Origin: Kangiella sp.
GTDB taxonomy: Bacteria > Pseudomonadota > Gammaproteobacteria > Enterobacterales > Kangiellaceae
Direction: 5' to 3'
NCBI GenBank assembly: GCA_048266925.1
Contig: JBLWYL010000001.1
Span: 537,235 to 601,234 of the forward strand
Length of the DNA: 64,000 bases
In this document: piece after piece, positions 1 through 9,540 of the stretch
How the letters are laid out: the number at the start of each line of letters is the position of its first letter
How positions within the stretch are numbered: the first letter of the stretch is position 1
Notes under the pieces: model-generated
Told to the model about the DNA's origin: nothing
Database searches by the model: none
The model's input: the letters and a program-made list of their open reading frames with translations, nothing else
Translations under genes and position numbers: made by a program

Positions 1-3000
1 CTATCAGTTATTTTATCCAAAAGAATAGAACTTTGTGCAGGCATAACAGCGTAATAAGTATTACTCCGCGGTATTAATGTATTACTAACAGGAATTGATT
101 TGATTAAACCATCAGCAGAGTCTTTTGAAGAACTCAACACAGTAACTACTACTTTATCAGTTTTAGGAGTAGTGATATCAAACTCAATCTTATTTTCTTC
201 ATGTGAAATCACTGAACTGAATACTTCAACATCTGTTTCCATGAATATTTTTTTATTGGCTTTGGCCTGAGCAGCTATACTGACCTCTGGTAAAGTTTCT
301 TCCGAACGAGAAATAACCGTTGCTCGCCCCATAAAACTATCTCCAACAGAAAGCTGCTTGGGAATACTAAGACGAGTTTCTAACATTTTTTGAGTTTTGA
401 CAGAAGCTGTTCTTGCCGAAATATCTCCGTCCAGACGAGTACCTATAACCAACACTTTCCAGCTGGCAAGGTTATCTGGTAGCTGGATATCCAAGACCTT
501 CTTAGCTCGGGATTCTACAATGACATCTGAGTTCCAATAAGCAGATTCTTTGAACAAAGTTCTGAGCTGTGAAGTGTCGACTTTAAGCCCGCCAACGTCA
601 ATCAAGGAACGTTGACCAGACAAAGATGCCTCAAAGCTTAAATCCTTCGATCGAGTCATTACTGTGACTGGAGCGGCCCCCAATCCAACATCTGATCGCT
701 TAAGCCTAGAGCCAGTAACGACAATCATTTCCGAATCAGAAAAAATATCTAACTCCATACTCTTAAGATCGCTATCTTGATAGAGGCTGCTCGAGTATAG
801 CTTCTTGGATAAGGTATAAGTATTTGGAGAATCCCATCTGATCTTATCGGGAGACATTTCTGACTGATAGATATCATAGTACTGCGCATCAACCATTTGA
901 TTTACAATACTTTCATCAACAACCGCAACGGTATACTTCATATGCCCGCCAGTTAGATTCTCAATAGCTAGCTCAACAACCTCGCCCGGTTTCTTAATAG
1001 AATCATCCAGCTCAACTTTGAAGCTGTCAGGCCTAACAGGAGATTCTACCGTTACTCGCTGAGTAATGGATGGAGCAAAATCAATAAGCTTTGAGTTTTT
1101 GGGCAAACTTCCTAACTCTTTCGGAAATAAGTTTATTGTAATATCAACTCCTGGAGCCATTTCCTCAATAACTTTTAAGTCATGAGAATTCAATCCGTTA
1201 CCCACTTCCATGACATGATATTCAATCATTTTATTTCGATGAACAATCAGTAGAGCAGTAGCTTCTTTAAATGGATTAGTAAACGAGATAGTAGCTGTAT
1301 CACCAACCTGATAAATATCGCTGTCGGAATGAATAGTCATATCTTGAAGACTATTATTGTCCGAGCTGTCTTTATAAAAATATTTTTGAGCGTAGGATGT
1401 TTGGTGGCTACCATCATCATAGTGTATGGTCGCTAAAATATCGTAATAACCTTCAAGGTCCGGAGTGAAAGTACAGGAGTTAAGATCTTTCTGTAAACAC
1501 TCGATATCTTCGTCGGGGCTTTCTTTATCATCAGCTGACCGACCCCAGAATGGTTTTGACTTTCTAATAGCATAATCAACGGGGATATCCTCAACTTCGT
1601 CCCCTTCAGGTGTAACAACCACCGACTCAATGGTGTAGGGCTTATTGGAAGGTATTGACCAGCCTATTGACTTTATACCTACAAAGTATGGCTTGCTGGA
1701 GTAAGGGATAGTTACTATTCGACTAACTGCATCATCCATTCCTCCACCACTCACTGACGATTGAACGGTTATTTTTCCGTAATTGAAGGTATTCTTGGGC
1801 ACAGATAACTTTTTACTAGCCAAACCATCACTATCAAGTCGCCCACCAAAGAAAAACTCTGTTACATCATCACAATAACCACAAGAATTTTCATAAAAAA
1901 CATAATCACCATACTGAATGTGGCTTTGACTGATTGAATAGGGTTCAACCTTTATCATTACCTCTGTTTGCCCCGCAGAGTAAGGGCCGCCCGAGAAATA
2001 CTCTGCTTTGGTGGAAACATCTAATTGCTCGCTTCCATACAAGCTTTCTTGCTCGATCTTCGTAGTAACCTTAATATCATTCGTTTTAAAATTGGCAACT
2101 TTGAAATAAGCCTGGCTATCAAAGTAACCTTTTCCCTCAAGTATAATTGAGTAATCACCGTCGTTGATTTTTTCCGGCAAATGAATCTGTCCAGAATATG
2201 TTCCAAACTCGTCAAACTTAGGGTCTTTCTTCTGATAAAACCCTTCACAATTTCTTATACTATAACAATCATAATCTGAGCCACTGACTGACAATACTGT
2301 TTCACCAGATAACTGAGGAATTATCAATTCATTGTCACGCAACTCTCTTAAGTAAACAGTATAATTGACGATTTCACCAGGCCTGTATATTGGCTTATCA
2401 GTAATTCCCCACAACCAATATTCACCTTCATTTATATAACTTGATTCGTAAGATAAAGAACCTGTTACAGCGGTATTTGCACTATGGTATTGCGTTAAAA
2501 ATGCTTTACTATCCCACTTGTCATCAAATGAAAATAATATTTTATCAAAGTTGAACTTATTCAGTTTGTTAATGGCTGAAACAGAATCAACTTTAGCAAT
2601 ACCACTATTATTCGTTTCTAAGTCGATTAAGTGATACTGCTGCTGGCTATTAATGGTACTGAGTGAAAACTGGGTATTAGCTAGAGGTTCTCCACTTGAT
2701 AAATCTGTAATAAAGAATAAAGCTTCATGTTTACTCTTTATAAAATGGATGTTGTATCGCGTTCTTTGTATAGAAAAATTAGAGAAATAAGTTTGATCGT
2801 CATCGTAATAAATAGATCCAGAGAGTTGCTTCGCATCTGAAAGTCCTGGCAAGTCCACCTTGGTCTTGACTAATTTATTTCTACCAGGAACAGTATCTAA
2901 GTGTTTCTTATGATTAACAGAAACGTAGTCTTGGTAATCAATAGCAACCTCCAAGCGATCAACGTTGAGAGTGTGTGCAAATAAGCTAATCTCATCATTT

Positions 3001-4037
3001 ATGCTCAACACTTCTTCTCTGTAAGGGTTTTCTGCGTTCGGATCAAAGTCATTTGCTCTAAGAACAATATCACTATTTTTTAACTTTCGACCAAAGATAT
3101 CTTTGACATCTTTAAAACACACTAATCTAATATCGGTATTTGGTTTGTAGATCAAGACTTCTATTGAGGAGTTAATATAATTGTTTGCAAGTTCTAATTC
3201 AGAGATAGAAGCCATACAGCTTTCTACCGACTCGCTATCCAAAGGGACGTTGAATTTTAGGGAAACGGCCGAATTAGCCTTACAAGCTTCATTCTCTTTA
3301 AGAGGGTCTTCCCAATGGTCACGACAAGTGCTACCAAGATATTTAAATGTCTTATAAGGCTCTATATTTTTTTTAAACGTAATACTTTCAGACTTTAAAT
3401 AACCGTGTGGTGTACTTATTCCTGATGTTTGGAAAATTTGATATTGATGATTCAGTTTTAATGGTTTATTCGGAGTTAAGAGCCAACCAGTATTTTTTTT
3501 ATAATCTTCAGTTTCTCTACTGAAATTATCTTTTTCAGCTGGTTTAACAGTCAATTCAATCAAGTCACCTTTATCACTTTTAAGGAAAATTGACTTTTTA
3601 AGAGATTCGGGAACAACAGAAATATTAAAATATGCCAAAATGACTGGAAGGTCGGGACTCTGCCATTTATGCACTGAAAAATGCTCTATTTCAGGGCGGC
3701 TAGTGGATACTTTTACACTAAAACCAGGAATTTTTGTTCCATCCGTATAATAAAGCCCATCCTTAACATTAATACTGTAGCTTGCAGCAGGAGGCAAAGT
3801 AGATGCATTATATAACTCACATTCTAAATTTTTTCGGTCACTCCACACCCAGTTACAGGAATGTTCGGGGGATATGTGAATGGGTAATTGACTCGGAGAA
3901 ACTCTTTGTACAGGCTTATCGAATGCTATTCGTATTTCTTGGCGCTCGATATAATCCTTAAATATTATTTCATTCTTAGCTAGAAGACTGTTTGACCCAA
4001 ACAATGTAAACATGACAAGCAATAACTTTATTTTCAT
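1..4037 (-). CDS. Bacterial alpha-2-macroglobulin family protein (5' part; runs off the window start)
   Basis: Manual translation from ATG at 4037 (MKIKLLLVMFTLFG..., signal-peptide-like) stays open to base 1. MG2-type motif WGITDKPIYRPGEIVNYTVYLR and A2M-domain motifs LRTLFKESAYW and LPDNLASWKVLVIG. Missing from the ORF track because there is no in-window stop. Confidence 0.85.
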   Translation of the reverse strand, partial: MKIKLLLVMFTLFGSNSLLAKNEIIFKDYIERQEIRIAFDKPVQRVSPSQLPIHISPEHSCNWVWSDRKNLECELYNASTLPPAASYSINVKDGLYYTDGTKIPGFSVKVSTSRPEIEHFSVHKWQSPDLPVILAYFNISVVPESLKKSIFLKSDKGDLIELTVKPAEKDNFSRETEDYKKNTGWLLTPNKPLKLNHQYQIFQTSGISTPHGYLKSESITFKKNIEPYKTFKYLGSTCRDHWEDPLKENEACKANSAVSLKFNVPLDSESVESCMASISELELANNYINSSIEVLIYKPNTDIRLVCFKDVKDIFGRKLKNSDIVLRANDFDPNAENPYREEVLSINDEISLFAHTLNVDRLEVAIDYQDYVSVNHKKHLDTVPGRNKLVKTKVDLPGLSDAKQLSGSIYYDDDQTYFSNFSIQRTRYNIHFIKSKHEALFFITDLSSGEPLANTQFSLSTINSQQQYHLIDLETNNSGIAKVDSVSAINKLNKFNFDKILFSFDDKWDSKAFLTQYHSANTAVTGSLSYESSYINEGEYWLWGITDKPIYRPGEIVNYTVYLRELRDNELIIPQLSGETVLSVSGSDYDCYSIRNCEGFYQKKDPKFDEFGTYSGQIHLPEKINDGDYSIILEGKGYFDSQAYFKVANFKTNDIKVTTKIEQESLYGSEQLDVSTKAEYFSGGPYSAGQTEVMIKVEPYSISQSHIQYGDYVFYENSCGYCDDVTEFFFGGRLDSDGLASKKLSVPKNTFNYGKITVQSSVSGGGMDDAVSRIVTIPYSSKPYFVGIKSIGWSIPSNKPYTIESVVVTPEGDEVEDIPVDYAIRKSKPFWGRSADDKESPDEDIECLQKDLNSCTFTPDLEGYYDILATIHYDDGSHQTSYAQKYFYKDSSDNNSLQDMTIHSDSDIYQVGDTATISFTNPFKEATALLIVHRNKMIEYHVMEVGNGLNSHDLKVIEEMAPGVDITINLFPKELGSLPKNSKLIDFAPSITQRVTVESPVRPDSFKVELDDSIKKPGEVVELAIENLTGGHMKYTVAVVDESIVNQMVDAQYYDIYQSEMSPDKIRWDSPNTYTLSKKLYSSSLYQDSDLKSMELDIFSDSEMIVVTGSRLKRSDVGLGAAPVTVMTRSKDLSFEASLSGQRSLIDVGGLKVDTSQLRTLFKESAYWNSDVIVESRAKKVLDIQLPDNLASWKVLVIGTRLDGDISARTASVKTQKMLETRLSIPKQLSVGDSFMGRATVISRSEETLPEVSIAAQAKANKKIFMETDVEVFSSVISHEENKIEFDITTPKTDKVVVTVLSSSKDSADGLIKSIPVSNTLIPRSNTYYAVMPAQSSILLDKITD

Positions 4038-4178
4038 TATATTCCCTAAAATATTATTTATATTAGAGTCCAAGGCAAGCTATACGCCTAGCTTTTATTA
4101 TGGCCTGTGAATACTTTCAACCAACTATATTGAGCTTGCCGCCATGTTGCAAGTTGATAGTAAGAGATAAGCTCTCTT

Positions 4179-4455
4179 GATGGGTTACGAAGCAAGCTTC
4201 TAACCCTTCCTATATTCTGATGAGACTCCCAGGAACCTTCTTCTTAAACCTTGTGAATTGCCTTTAAAATTTAACGATCAGTACTTTAACTGCCAAAACA
4301 GATTATCTACAGAGATTTCACCATAGGCGCTTCCTGCGGTCGCCCCTGCGGCTCACGCGGTTTGTAGAGACAACTTATAGGATGGGTTAGGCGTCAGCCG
4401 TAACCCATCAATCAAGCAACAAATGGGTTACGCTCAAAGAGCTAACCCATCCTAT
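4179..4455. repeat. Cluster of REP palindromes (ATAGGATGGGTT...AACCCATC family plus degenerate GTAG-type REPs)
   Basis: Copies at 4179-4213, 4377-4409 and 4423-4455; the last two form an inverted doublet. Same sequence family as the REPs flanking the RAYT at 41.4 kb. Confidence 0.85.
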
Positions 4456-4540
4456 ATTCTGATGAAGGACCCAAAGACTTTCTTCCTACATATCGCGAAT
4501 ATTCATCCAAACGATAATGCGTTTAACAAATTCCAGGCAT

Positions 4541-4569
4541 AAAAAAAGCCCTGACGCTGTCAGGGCTTT
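4541..4569. terminator. Intrinsic terminator downstream of the tRNA cluster
   Basis: A7-AGCCCTGAC-GCT-GTCAGGGCT-TT hairpin with a T-run on the minus strand. Confidence 0.8.
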
Positions 4570-4799
4570 AAAGACAGGCAACACGGCAAGCAGCAATTCA
4601 ATGGCCATAAGACCAGCACTAGCTCAACACCTACGACAAAAAATCCACCAAAGCTCCCACTTTGGACAGGCCATTACCGGTCCATAAAGGCTAAAATATT
4701 AGGAAATGATATTCGGAAAGGGCTAAATTGAGAGTTTTTCAAAGGTTAGAGCTTGAGAGTTAAAACAGGAAATATGCTATAAATACAGAGTTTAAATGA

Positions 4800-4886
4800 T
4801 GGTGCCCAGGGCCGGAGTCGAACCGGCACGGTGTTGCCACCGAGGGATTTTAAGTCCCTTGCGTCTACCAATTTCGCCACCTGGGC
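4800..4886 (-). tRNA. leuZ: tRNA-Leu(TAA)
   Basis: Reverse complement GCCCAGGTGGCG...GACTTAAAATCCC...GGGCACCA, long variable arm, anticodon TAA. Confidence 0.97.
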
Positions 4887-4932
4887 AGATGACTTGCTTT
4901 ATCGCACCAACTTTACAGCTTTAGTCTAATTA

Positions 4933-5006
4933 TGGAGGCTGAGGCCGGAGTCGAACCGACGTCCACGGATTTGCAATCCGCTGTATAGCCACTCTACCAC
5001 TCAGCC
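4933..5006 (-). tRNA. cysT: tRNA-Cys(GCA)
   Basis: Cloverleaf GGCTGAGTGG...GGATTGCAAATCC...GCCTCCA, anticodon GCA. Confidence 0.97.
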
Positions 5007-5070
5007 ATAAATCAGTTTTGCTGGTGCTGATATAAAAAACCTCGGCCTAGAAGCACCGAGGTTTTGAATT

Positions 5071-5146
5071 TGGAGCGGGAAACGAGATTCGAACTCGCGA
5101 CCCCAACCTTGGCAAGGTTGTGCTCTACCAGCTGAGCTATTCCCGC
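5071..5146 (-). tRNA. glyW: tRNA-Gly(GCC)
   Basis: GCGGGAATAGCTCAG...CCTTGCCAAGG...CCCGCTCCA; conserved pgsA-Gly-Cys-Leu order. Confidence 0.97.
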
Positions 5147-5296
5147 GTCATTTGATGGCGTGCATTTTACTGTGAAATCTTAATGTGTCAACACAAAAAA
5201 CCGATTTTTTTAGCACGCATCCTGAGGCTGATTAAGGCTTGAACAATATGTTCTTTTTTTAAGCCGAAATCCTGGTGCCGCGTCAGGAGCTGGTTA

Positions 5297-5863
5297 TTAT
5301 GCGTCATTCTCTGAGCTTGTCAAGTACGGCCAGGCAGCTTTTAAATAGGTATACATAGACCATAAAGTAAGCAACGCTGATAACCAGATGAAGACGAATC
5401 CAAAGGTCTTAGGTAGGCCAAATACGCTCGGCGGCGCTAACAGGAATAAGAAAATCGCGAACATCTGGCTCAGGGTTTTAAGCTTTCCAATCACAGACAC
5501 ACCAACTACCGCTCGATTGCCCACTTCTGCCATCCATTCGCGTAATGCCGAAATGGTGATTTCGCGGCCAATGATAACCATAGCAGGAATCGCCAGCCAT
5601 AGGCTTCCTTCTCTTTCTACGAGCAGGATAAGGGTTATCGCGACCATCAGCTTATCGGCCACTGGATCTAAAAAGGCCCCGAATGGCGACTCAATATTCA
5701 TTTTCCGTGCTAAAAAGCCATCCAACCAATCGGTCGCCGCCGCAAAACAGAAAATGCCTAAGGTAATCCAGCGTGCCACAGGACTATCAATATAAAAGAA
5801 TAAGACGAACAGCGGGACCAATAAAATTCGAAAAGCTGTGAGTACGTTAGGTAAATTCCACAT
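5297..5863 (-). CDS. pgsA: CDP-diacylglycerol--glycerol-3-phosphate 3-phosphatidyltransferase
   Basis: NLPNVLT start and DWLDGFLAR...GAFLDPVADK CDP-alcohol phosphotransferase motif; synteny with uvrC. Confidence 0.97.
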   Translation of the reverse strand: MWNLPNVLTAFRILLVPLFVLFFYIDSPVARWITLGIFCFAAATDWLDGFLARKMNIESPFGAFLDPVADKLMVAITLILLVEREGSLWLAIPAMVIIGREITISALREWMAEVGNRAVVGVSVIGKLKTLSQMFAIFLFLLAPPSVFGLPKTFGFVFIWLSALLTLWSMYTYLKAAWPYLTSSENDA

Positions 5864-5934
5864 GATGACTTTCAGGTTCCAGATTGATTGTTATTGACGG
5901 CCTCATTGTAGCGGATTGTTTTTAAGAAATACCG

Positions 5935-7773
5935 CTAACTATGCAAATAATCATAAATTTTTTGTGCCAGCGACATGCTCACCCCCGGTGCTCCAGCAAT
6001 ATCTTTGACGCTGGCTTTTTCGACCTCTTGCCAGCCACCGAAATGCCTGAGCAACGCTTGTCGCCGCTTAGCTCCCACGCCGGGGATTTCTTCCAGCAAA
6101 GACTTAGTAGCTGACTTTTTACGTTGATGACGATGTTTGGTGATGGCAAAGCGATGTGCTTCGTCGCGAATGTGCTGAATAAAGTGCAATGCTTTCGAGT
6201 CATCATCCAGCAATAAGGGCTGATGCTGCCCCGGAAACCAAATCTGTTCCATGCCCACTTTGCGGTCGCTGCCCTTGGAAACACCGATCAGATAAACAGA
6301 CTGCAGCTCCAGCTCATTAAAGACTTCTTCTGCCTTTGCCAGCTGCCCTTTGCCGCCATCGACAATCACCAGGTCAGGCAAAGCCTGCTGTTCGTCTTTC
6401 AAACGCTTGTAGCGGCGTGTCAGGGCTTGCTGCATCGCAGCATAATCATCACCGCCGGTAATCCCCGAAATATTAAAGATGCGATAGTCAGCTTTCTTAG
6501 GGCCATTCTCATCGAACACCACGCAAGACGCCACCGTTTGCTTGCCCTGGGTATGGCTGATATCAAAGCACTCCACATGCTTCGGCATCTGCTCCATCTG
6601 CAATGCTTTTTGCAGGTCGAGCAAACGTTGCGTGAAATTGGATTTACTGTTGAGCTTGGCGCGCAAGGAATGTTCAGCATTCTTATTGGCAAAGGTTTGC
6701 CATTCTTTAACCTGGCCGCGGCTGGCCTGACGAATGGTTACCTTATTGCCGCGCTGTTCAGTAAAGGCTTCTTGAAGCGCTTCTATATCTTCCGGCAAAT
6801 TCTCAATCACCACCTGTTTAGGGATTTCTGCGCCAGATAAATAATAAAACCCAAGAAAGGTTGAAACGATTTCCTGTAAATCACTGTGCTTCGGTACTTT
6901 CGGGAAGTAGGTTTTATTGCCAACAATCGTGCCCTGGCGAATAAAGACCAACAAGATACAGCAGACACCGGAAGCGTAAGCCACACCGATTACATCCATA
7001 TCCGAAGCCGTGCCGCTTATTACTTGTTGCTGCATGACATGACGCATTTGCTTAATCTGGTCGCGGTAACGCGCGGCAATTTCAAACTCCAGGTTCTGGC
7101 TGGCCACATCCATCTTCTTCTGCAGACGCTTAATGACCTGTTCGCTTTTGCCCTGATAAAACAGTTTCACGTTCTCCACATCCTTGGCGTACTCTTCTTT
7201 CGAGATATAACCAACACACGGCGCGGTGCAACGCTTAATCTGATACTGCAAGCAAGGCCGAGAACGATTAGCAAAATAGCTGTCTTCACACTGACGGATC
7301 TGGAAGGTCTTTTGGATCAGCGACAAGCTCTGGCGCACAGCGCTGGAACTGGGAAAAGGCCCGAAATACTCGCCCTTTTCTTTCTTGGCTCCGCGATGAT
7401 AAGCCAGTCGCGGGAAATCACCCGCCGATAAAAAGACAAAAGGATAGGATTTATCATCCCGAAAAAGCACATTAAAGCGCGGCTTGTATTTCTTGATCAG
7501 ATTGTTTTCGAGCAGCAGCGCTTCGGTTTCTGTTTCGGTCACCGTTGTATGAATATCTTCAATATAGGTGACCATCAGTTCAGTTTTGGGCGACTGATGC
7601 TGCTTGGTAAAATAGCTTTTAACACGATTGGAAAGATTCTTGGCCTTGCCCACATACAGGGTTTCGCCGTCTTTACCCAGCATCTGATAGACGCCAGGCT
7701 TATGACTCAGGTGAGCAAGGATTTTTTTGATATGCGGTTTAATTGAAGATGAAGTCTCGTCCACAGGACTCAT
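5935..7773 (-). CDS. uvrC: Excinuclease ABC subunit C
   Basis: GIY-YIG N-terminus (PGVYQM...LYVGKAKNL), ECFDISH, DGGKGQ, C-terminal HhH. Confidence 0.98.
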   Translation of the reverse strand: MSPVDETSSSIKPHIKKILAHLSHKPGVYQMLGKDGETLYVGKAKNLSNRVKSYFTKQHQSPKTELMVTYIEDIHTTVTETETEALLLENNLIKKYKPRFNVLFRDDKSYPFVFLSAGDFPRLAYHRGAKKEKGEYFGPFPSSSAVRQSLSLIQKTFQIRQCEDSYFANRSRPCLQYQIKRCTAPCVGYISKEEYAKDVENVKLFYQGKSEQVIKRLQKKMDVASQNLEFEIAARYRDQIKQMRHVMQQQVISGTASDMDVIGVAYASGVCCILLVFIRQGTIVGNKTYFPKVPKHSDLQEIVSTFLGFYYLSGAEIPKQVVIENLPEDIEALQEAFTEQRGNKVTIRQASRGQVKEWQTFANKNAEHSLRAKLNSKSNFTQRLLDLQKALQMEQMPKHVECFDISHTQGKQTVASCVVFDENGPKKADYRIFNISGITGGDDYAAMQQALTRRYKRLKDEQQALPDLVIVDGGKGQLAKAEEVFNELELQSVYLIGVSKGSDRKVGMEQIWFPGQHQPLLLDDDSKALHFIQHIRDEAHRFAITKHRHQRKKSATKSLLEEIPGVGAKRRQALLRHFGGWQEVEKASVKDIAGAPGVSMSLAQKIYDYLHS

Positions 7774-7784
7774 GGCTCTATCTA

Positions 7785-8423
7785 CTACTGAGCTTCGATC
7801 ACTTTATAGCGAAGCGCCATGTGAGTCAGGCTCACATCATTTTCAACGCCGAGCTTTTCAAATAAACGATAACGGTAACTGTTCACCGTCTTGGGGCTTA
7901 AGTGTAGCTTGTCCGAAATGGCCTGCACCTTCTCGCCACGCGTGATCATCAACATGATCTGCATTTCACGCTCAGACAAATTACTGAAAGGGTTGTCTTC
8001 AGATTTGTTAAACTGGCTCAGCGCCATCTGTTGCGCCACTTCTGCCGCCAGGTAAAGCTTACCGCGATTAACTGAATGAATGGCCTTCACCATTTCATCA
8101 ATATCGGTTCCCTTAGTCAGGTAGCCCATAGCGCCAGCAGCAATAAACTGCGATGGATAAGGTTCAGAGCCATGCACCGTCAAAGCAATTACCTTCAAAT
8201 CCGGCTCAAAGCGCAGCATACGACGAGTCGCTTCCAAGCCGCCGATCCCCGGCATATTAGCATCCATCATCACCACATGAGGATTCAGCTCCTTCACTTT
8301 CTTAATTGCTTCTTCCCCAGATTCAGCCTCGCCAACCACATCAATTCCATCTGCATCCGAAAGTAAACGACCCAATCCCATGCGAACCAAATCGTGATCA
8401 TCTACCAGCAAGACTTTAATCAT
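7785..8423 (-). CDS. uvrY: Response regulator UvrY/GacA
   Basis: REC domain (LLVDDH) plus LuxR HTH (LSEREMQIM...LSPKTVNSYRYR), directly upstream of uvrC. Confidence 0.95.
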   Translation of the reverse strand: MIKVLLVDDHDLVRMGLGRLLSDADGIDVVGEAESGEEAIKKVKELNPHVVMMDANMPGIGGLEATRRMLRFEPDLKVIALTVHGSEPYPSQFIAAGAMGYLTKGTDIDEMVKAIHSVNRGKLYLAAEVAQQMALSQFNKSEDNPFSNLSEREMQIMLMITRGEKVQAISDKLHLSPKTVNSYRYRLFEKLGVENDVSLTHMALRYKVIEAQ

Positions 8424-8516
8424 GTAAACCTCAATAAATCATTTATATTTTTGAATAAAATAGCGGTTCAATTATTATGAAATTGCTTTAATATAGCAAG
8501 CACAGTTAAGACAGGA

Positions 8517-9062
8517 ATGAGAACTAATATGAATATAAAGCACATCTGCATTTTATTTGGGATAACTGCATGGGCCAACCTCGCCACAGCAGCCTCAACC
8601 CCGGAAGATTGCGCGGCCATAACAAACGACGATAAACGTCTGGCCTGCTACGACCAATTTCTAAAAGCGAAGAAAGCACCAGCCAAGCCAGAACAAGCGG
8701 CACAGCCTGAAAAACCGGCCAAACCCGCTAAGCCAGAGCTTCCTGAACAGGCGCAAAAACCAGCTCCTAAACCAGACGTTGCTGCGAAAAAAGACAAAGT
8801 CGAAGAATTTGGCCAAGAACGAATTAAAAAAGAAGAAACCCTCGATAAAATCACTGCCACCGCGCTAGGTGAATTTACTGATTGGGAAAAAGGACTGCAA
8901 ATCCAACTTGATAATGGTCAAGTCTGGGAGATCACCGACCTGCGTCCCGGCTACTACAAAGTTACCAACCCCACAGTAACCATCGAAAAAGGCTTCATGG
9001 GCAGCTACAACATGAACGTCAAAGGCCGCAACAAAAGCTACCGCGTCATTCGTATTGAATAA
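8517..9062 (+). CDS. Secreted hypothetical protein with Cys-pair N-domain, Pro/Ala/Lys-rich linker and beta-rich C-domain
   Basis: Signal-peptide-like N-terminus, CAAITNDDKRLACYD motif, KPAKPE repeats. Confidence 0.7.
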   Translation: MRTNMNIKHICILFGITAWANLATAASTPEDCAAITNDDKRLACYDQFLKAKKAPAKPEQAAQPEKPAKPAKPELPEQAQKPAPKPDVAAKKDKVEEFGQERIKKEETLDKITATALGEFTDWEKGLQIQLDNGQVWEITDLRPGYYKVTNPTVTIEKGFMGSYNMNVKGRNKSYRVIRIE

Positions 9063-9078
9063 TAGACCAATTTTTACG

Positions 9079-9510
9079 GTAGGGAGTGCCTTGCCACACC
9101 TTTCTTTAATAGGATGAATTAAATTCCAAATGTACGGTAGGGGCGACCTGCGGTCGCCCAATAAGCACTGTATAGGTGGTCCAAGGCCCGCTACAAACCT
9201 CCTCAACCCAAGGAATGTCATTTGACCCACAGAGAACATAACTCCTAAAGTAATGTCATTCCAAACTGGATTTGGAATCTGCCTTTCGTTCTTGGAAGTT
9301 ACTGGTTTCCGGATCGAGTCCGGAAAGACGAATATGACGTACGGACAACTCTTGAGTTGTCCCTACAAACACCCCCTCAAGGAATGCCATAGGATGGGTT
9401 AGCAAAGCGTAACCCATCAATTAAGAGCAGATTCCAAATCCAGTTTGGAATGACAAGCTTTTGTGATTTTGCTCCATCCCCAAGGAATATCATCCTGAAT
9501 TTAACTCAGG
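9079..9510. repeat. Mosaic of several REP/palindrome families between convergent genes
   Basis: GTAGGGGCGACCTGCGGTCGCCC (9137-9159), perfect 29-bp inverted pair 9254-9282/9427-9455, GGACAAC REP 9339-9366, ATAGGATGGG REP 9389-9418. Confidence 0.85.
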
Positions 9511-9540
9511 ATCTGCTCTTTAGCTCTGCTCTTCCTTCTT

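Noticed and set aside
1433-2248. Two short minus-strand ORFs in the ORF track
   Set aside because: They lie out of frame inside the continuous alpha-2-macroglobulin reading frame.
4531-4547. TTCCAGGCA(T/C)AAAAAAAG repeated at 4531 and 26080 as a possible att site
   Set aside because: It is the common T-tract-GCCTG tail of intrinsic terminators, also seen at 56926, so not specific.
4570-4795. Small hydrophobic ORF between tRNA-Leu and its terminator
   Set aside because: The hydrophobic frame is preceded by a stop and has no start codon; the other frames are under 20 codons.
5388-7945. Numerous overlapping ORFs opposite or within uvrC, pgsA, the TonB receptors, pheT, thrS, nrdA and others
   Set aside because: Shadow ORFs of well-supported genes with no recognisable motifs or RBS.
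4179-9510. CRISPR array from recurring ~30-bp palindromes
   Set aside because: Copies are irregularly spaced, in mixed orientation, variable in sequence and match RAYT-flanking REPs; no cas genes.
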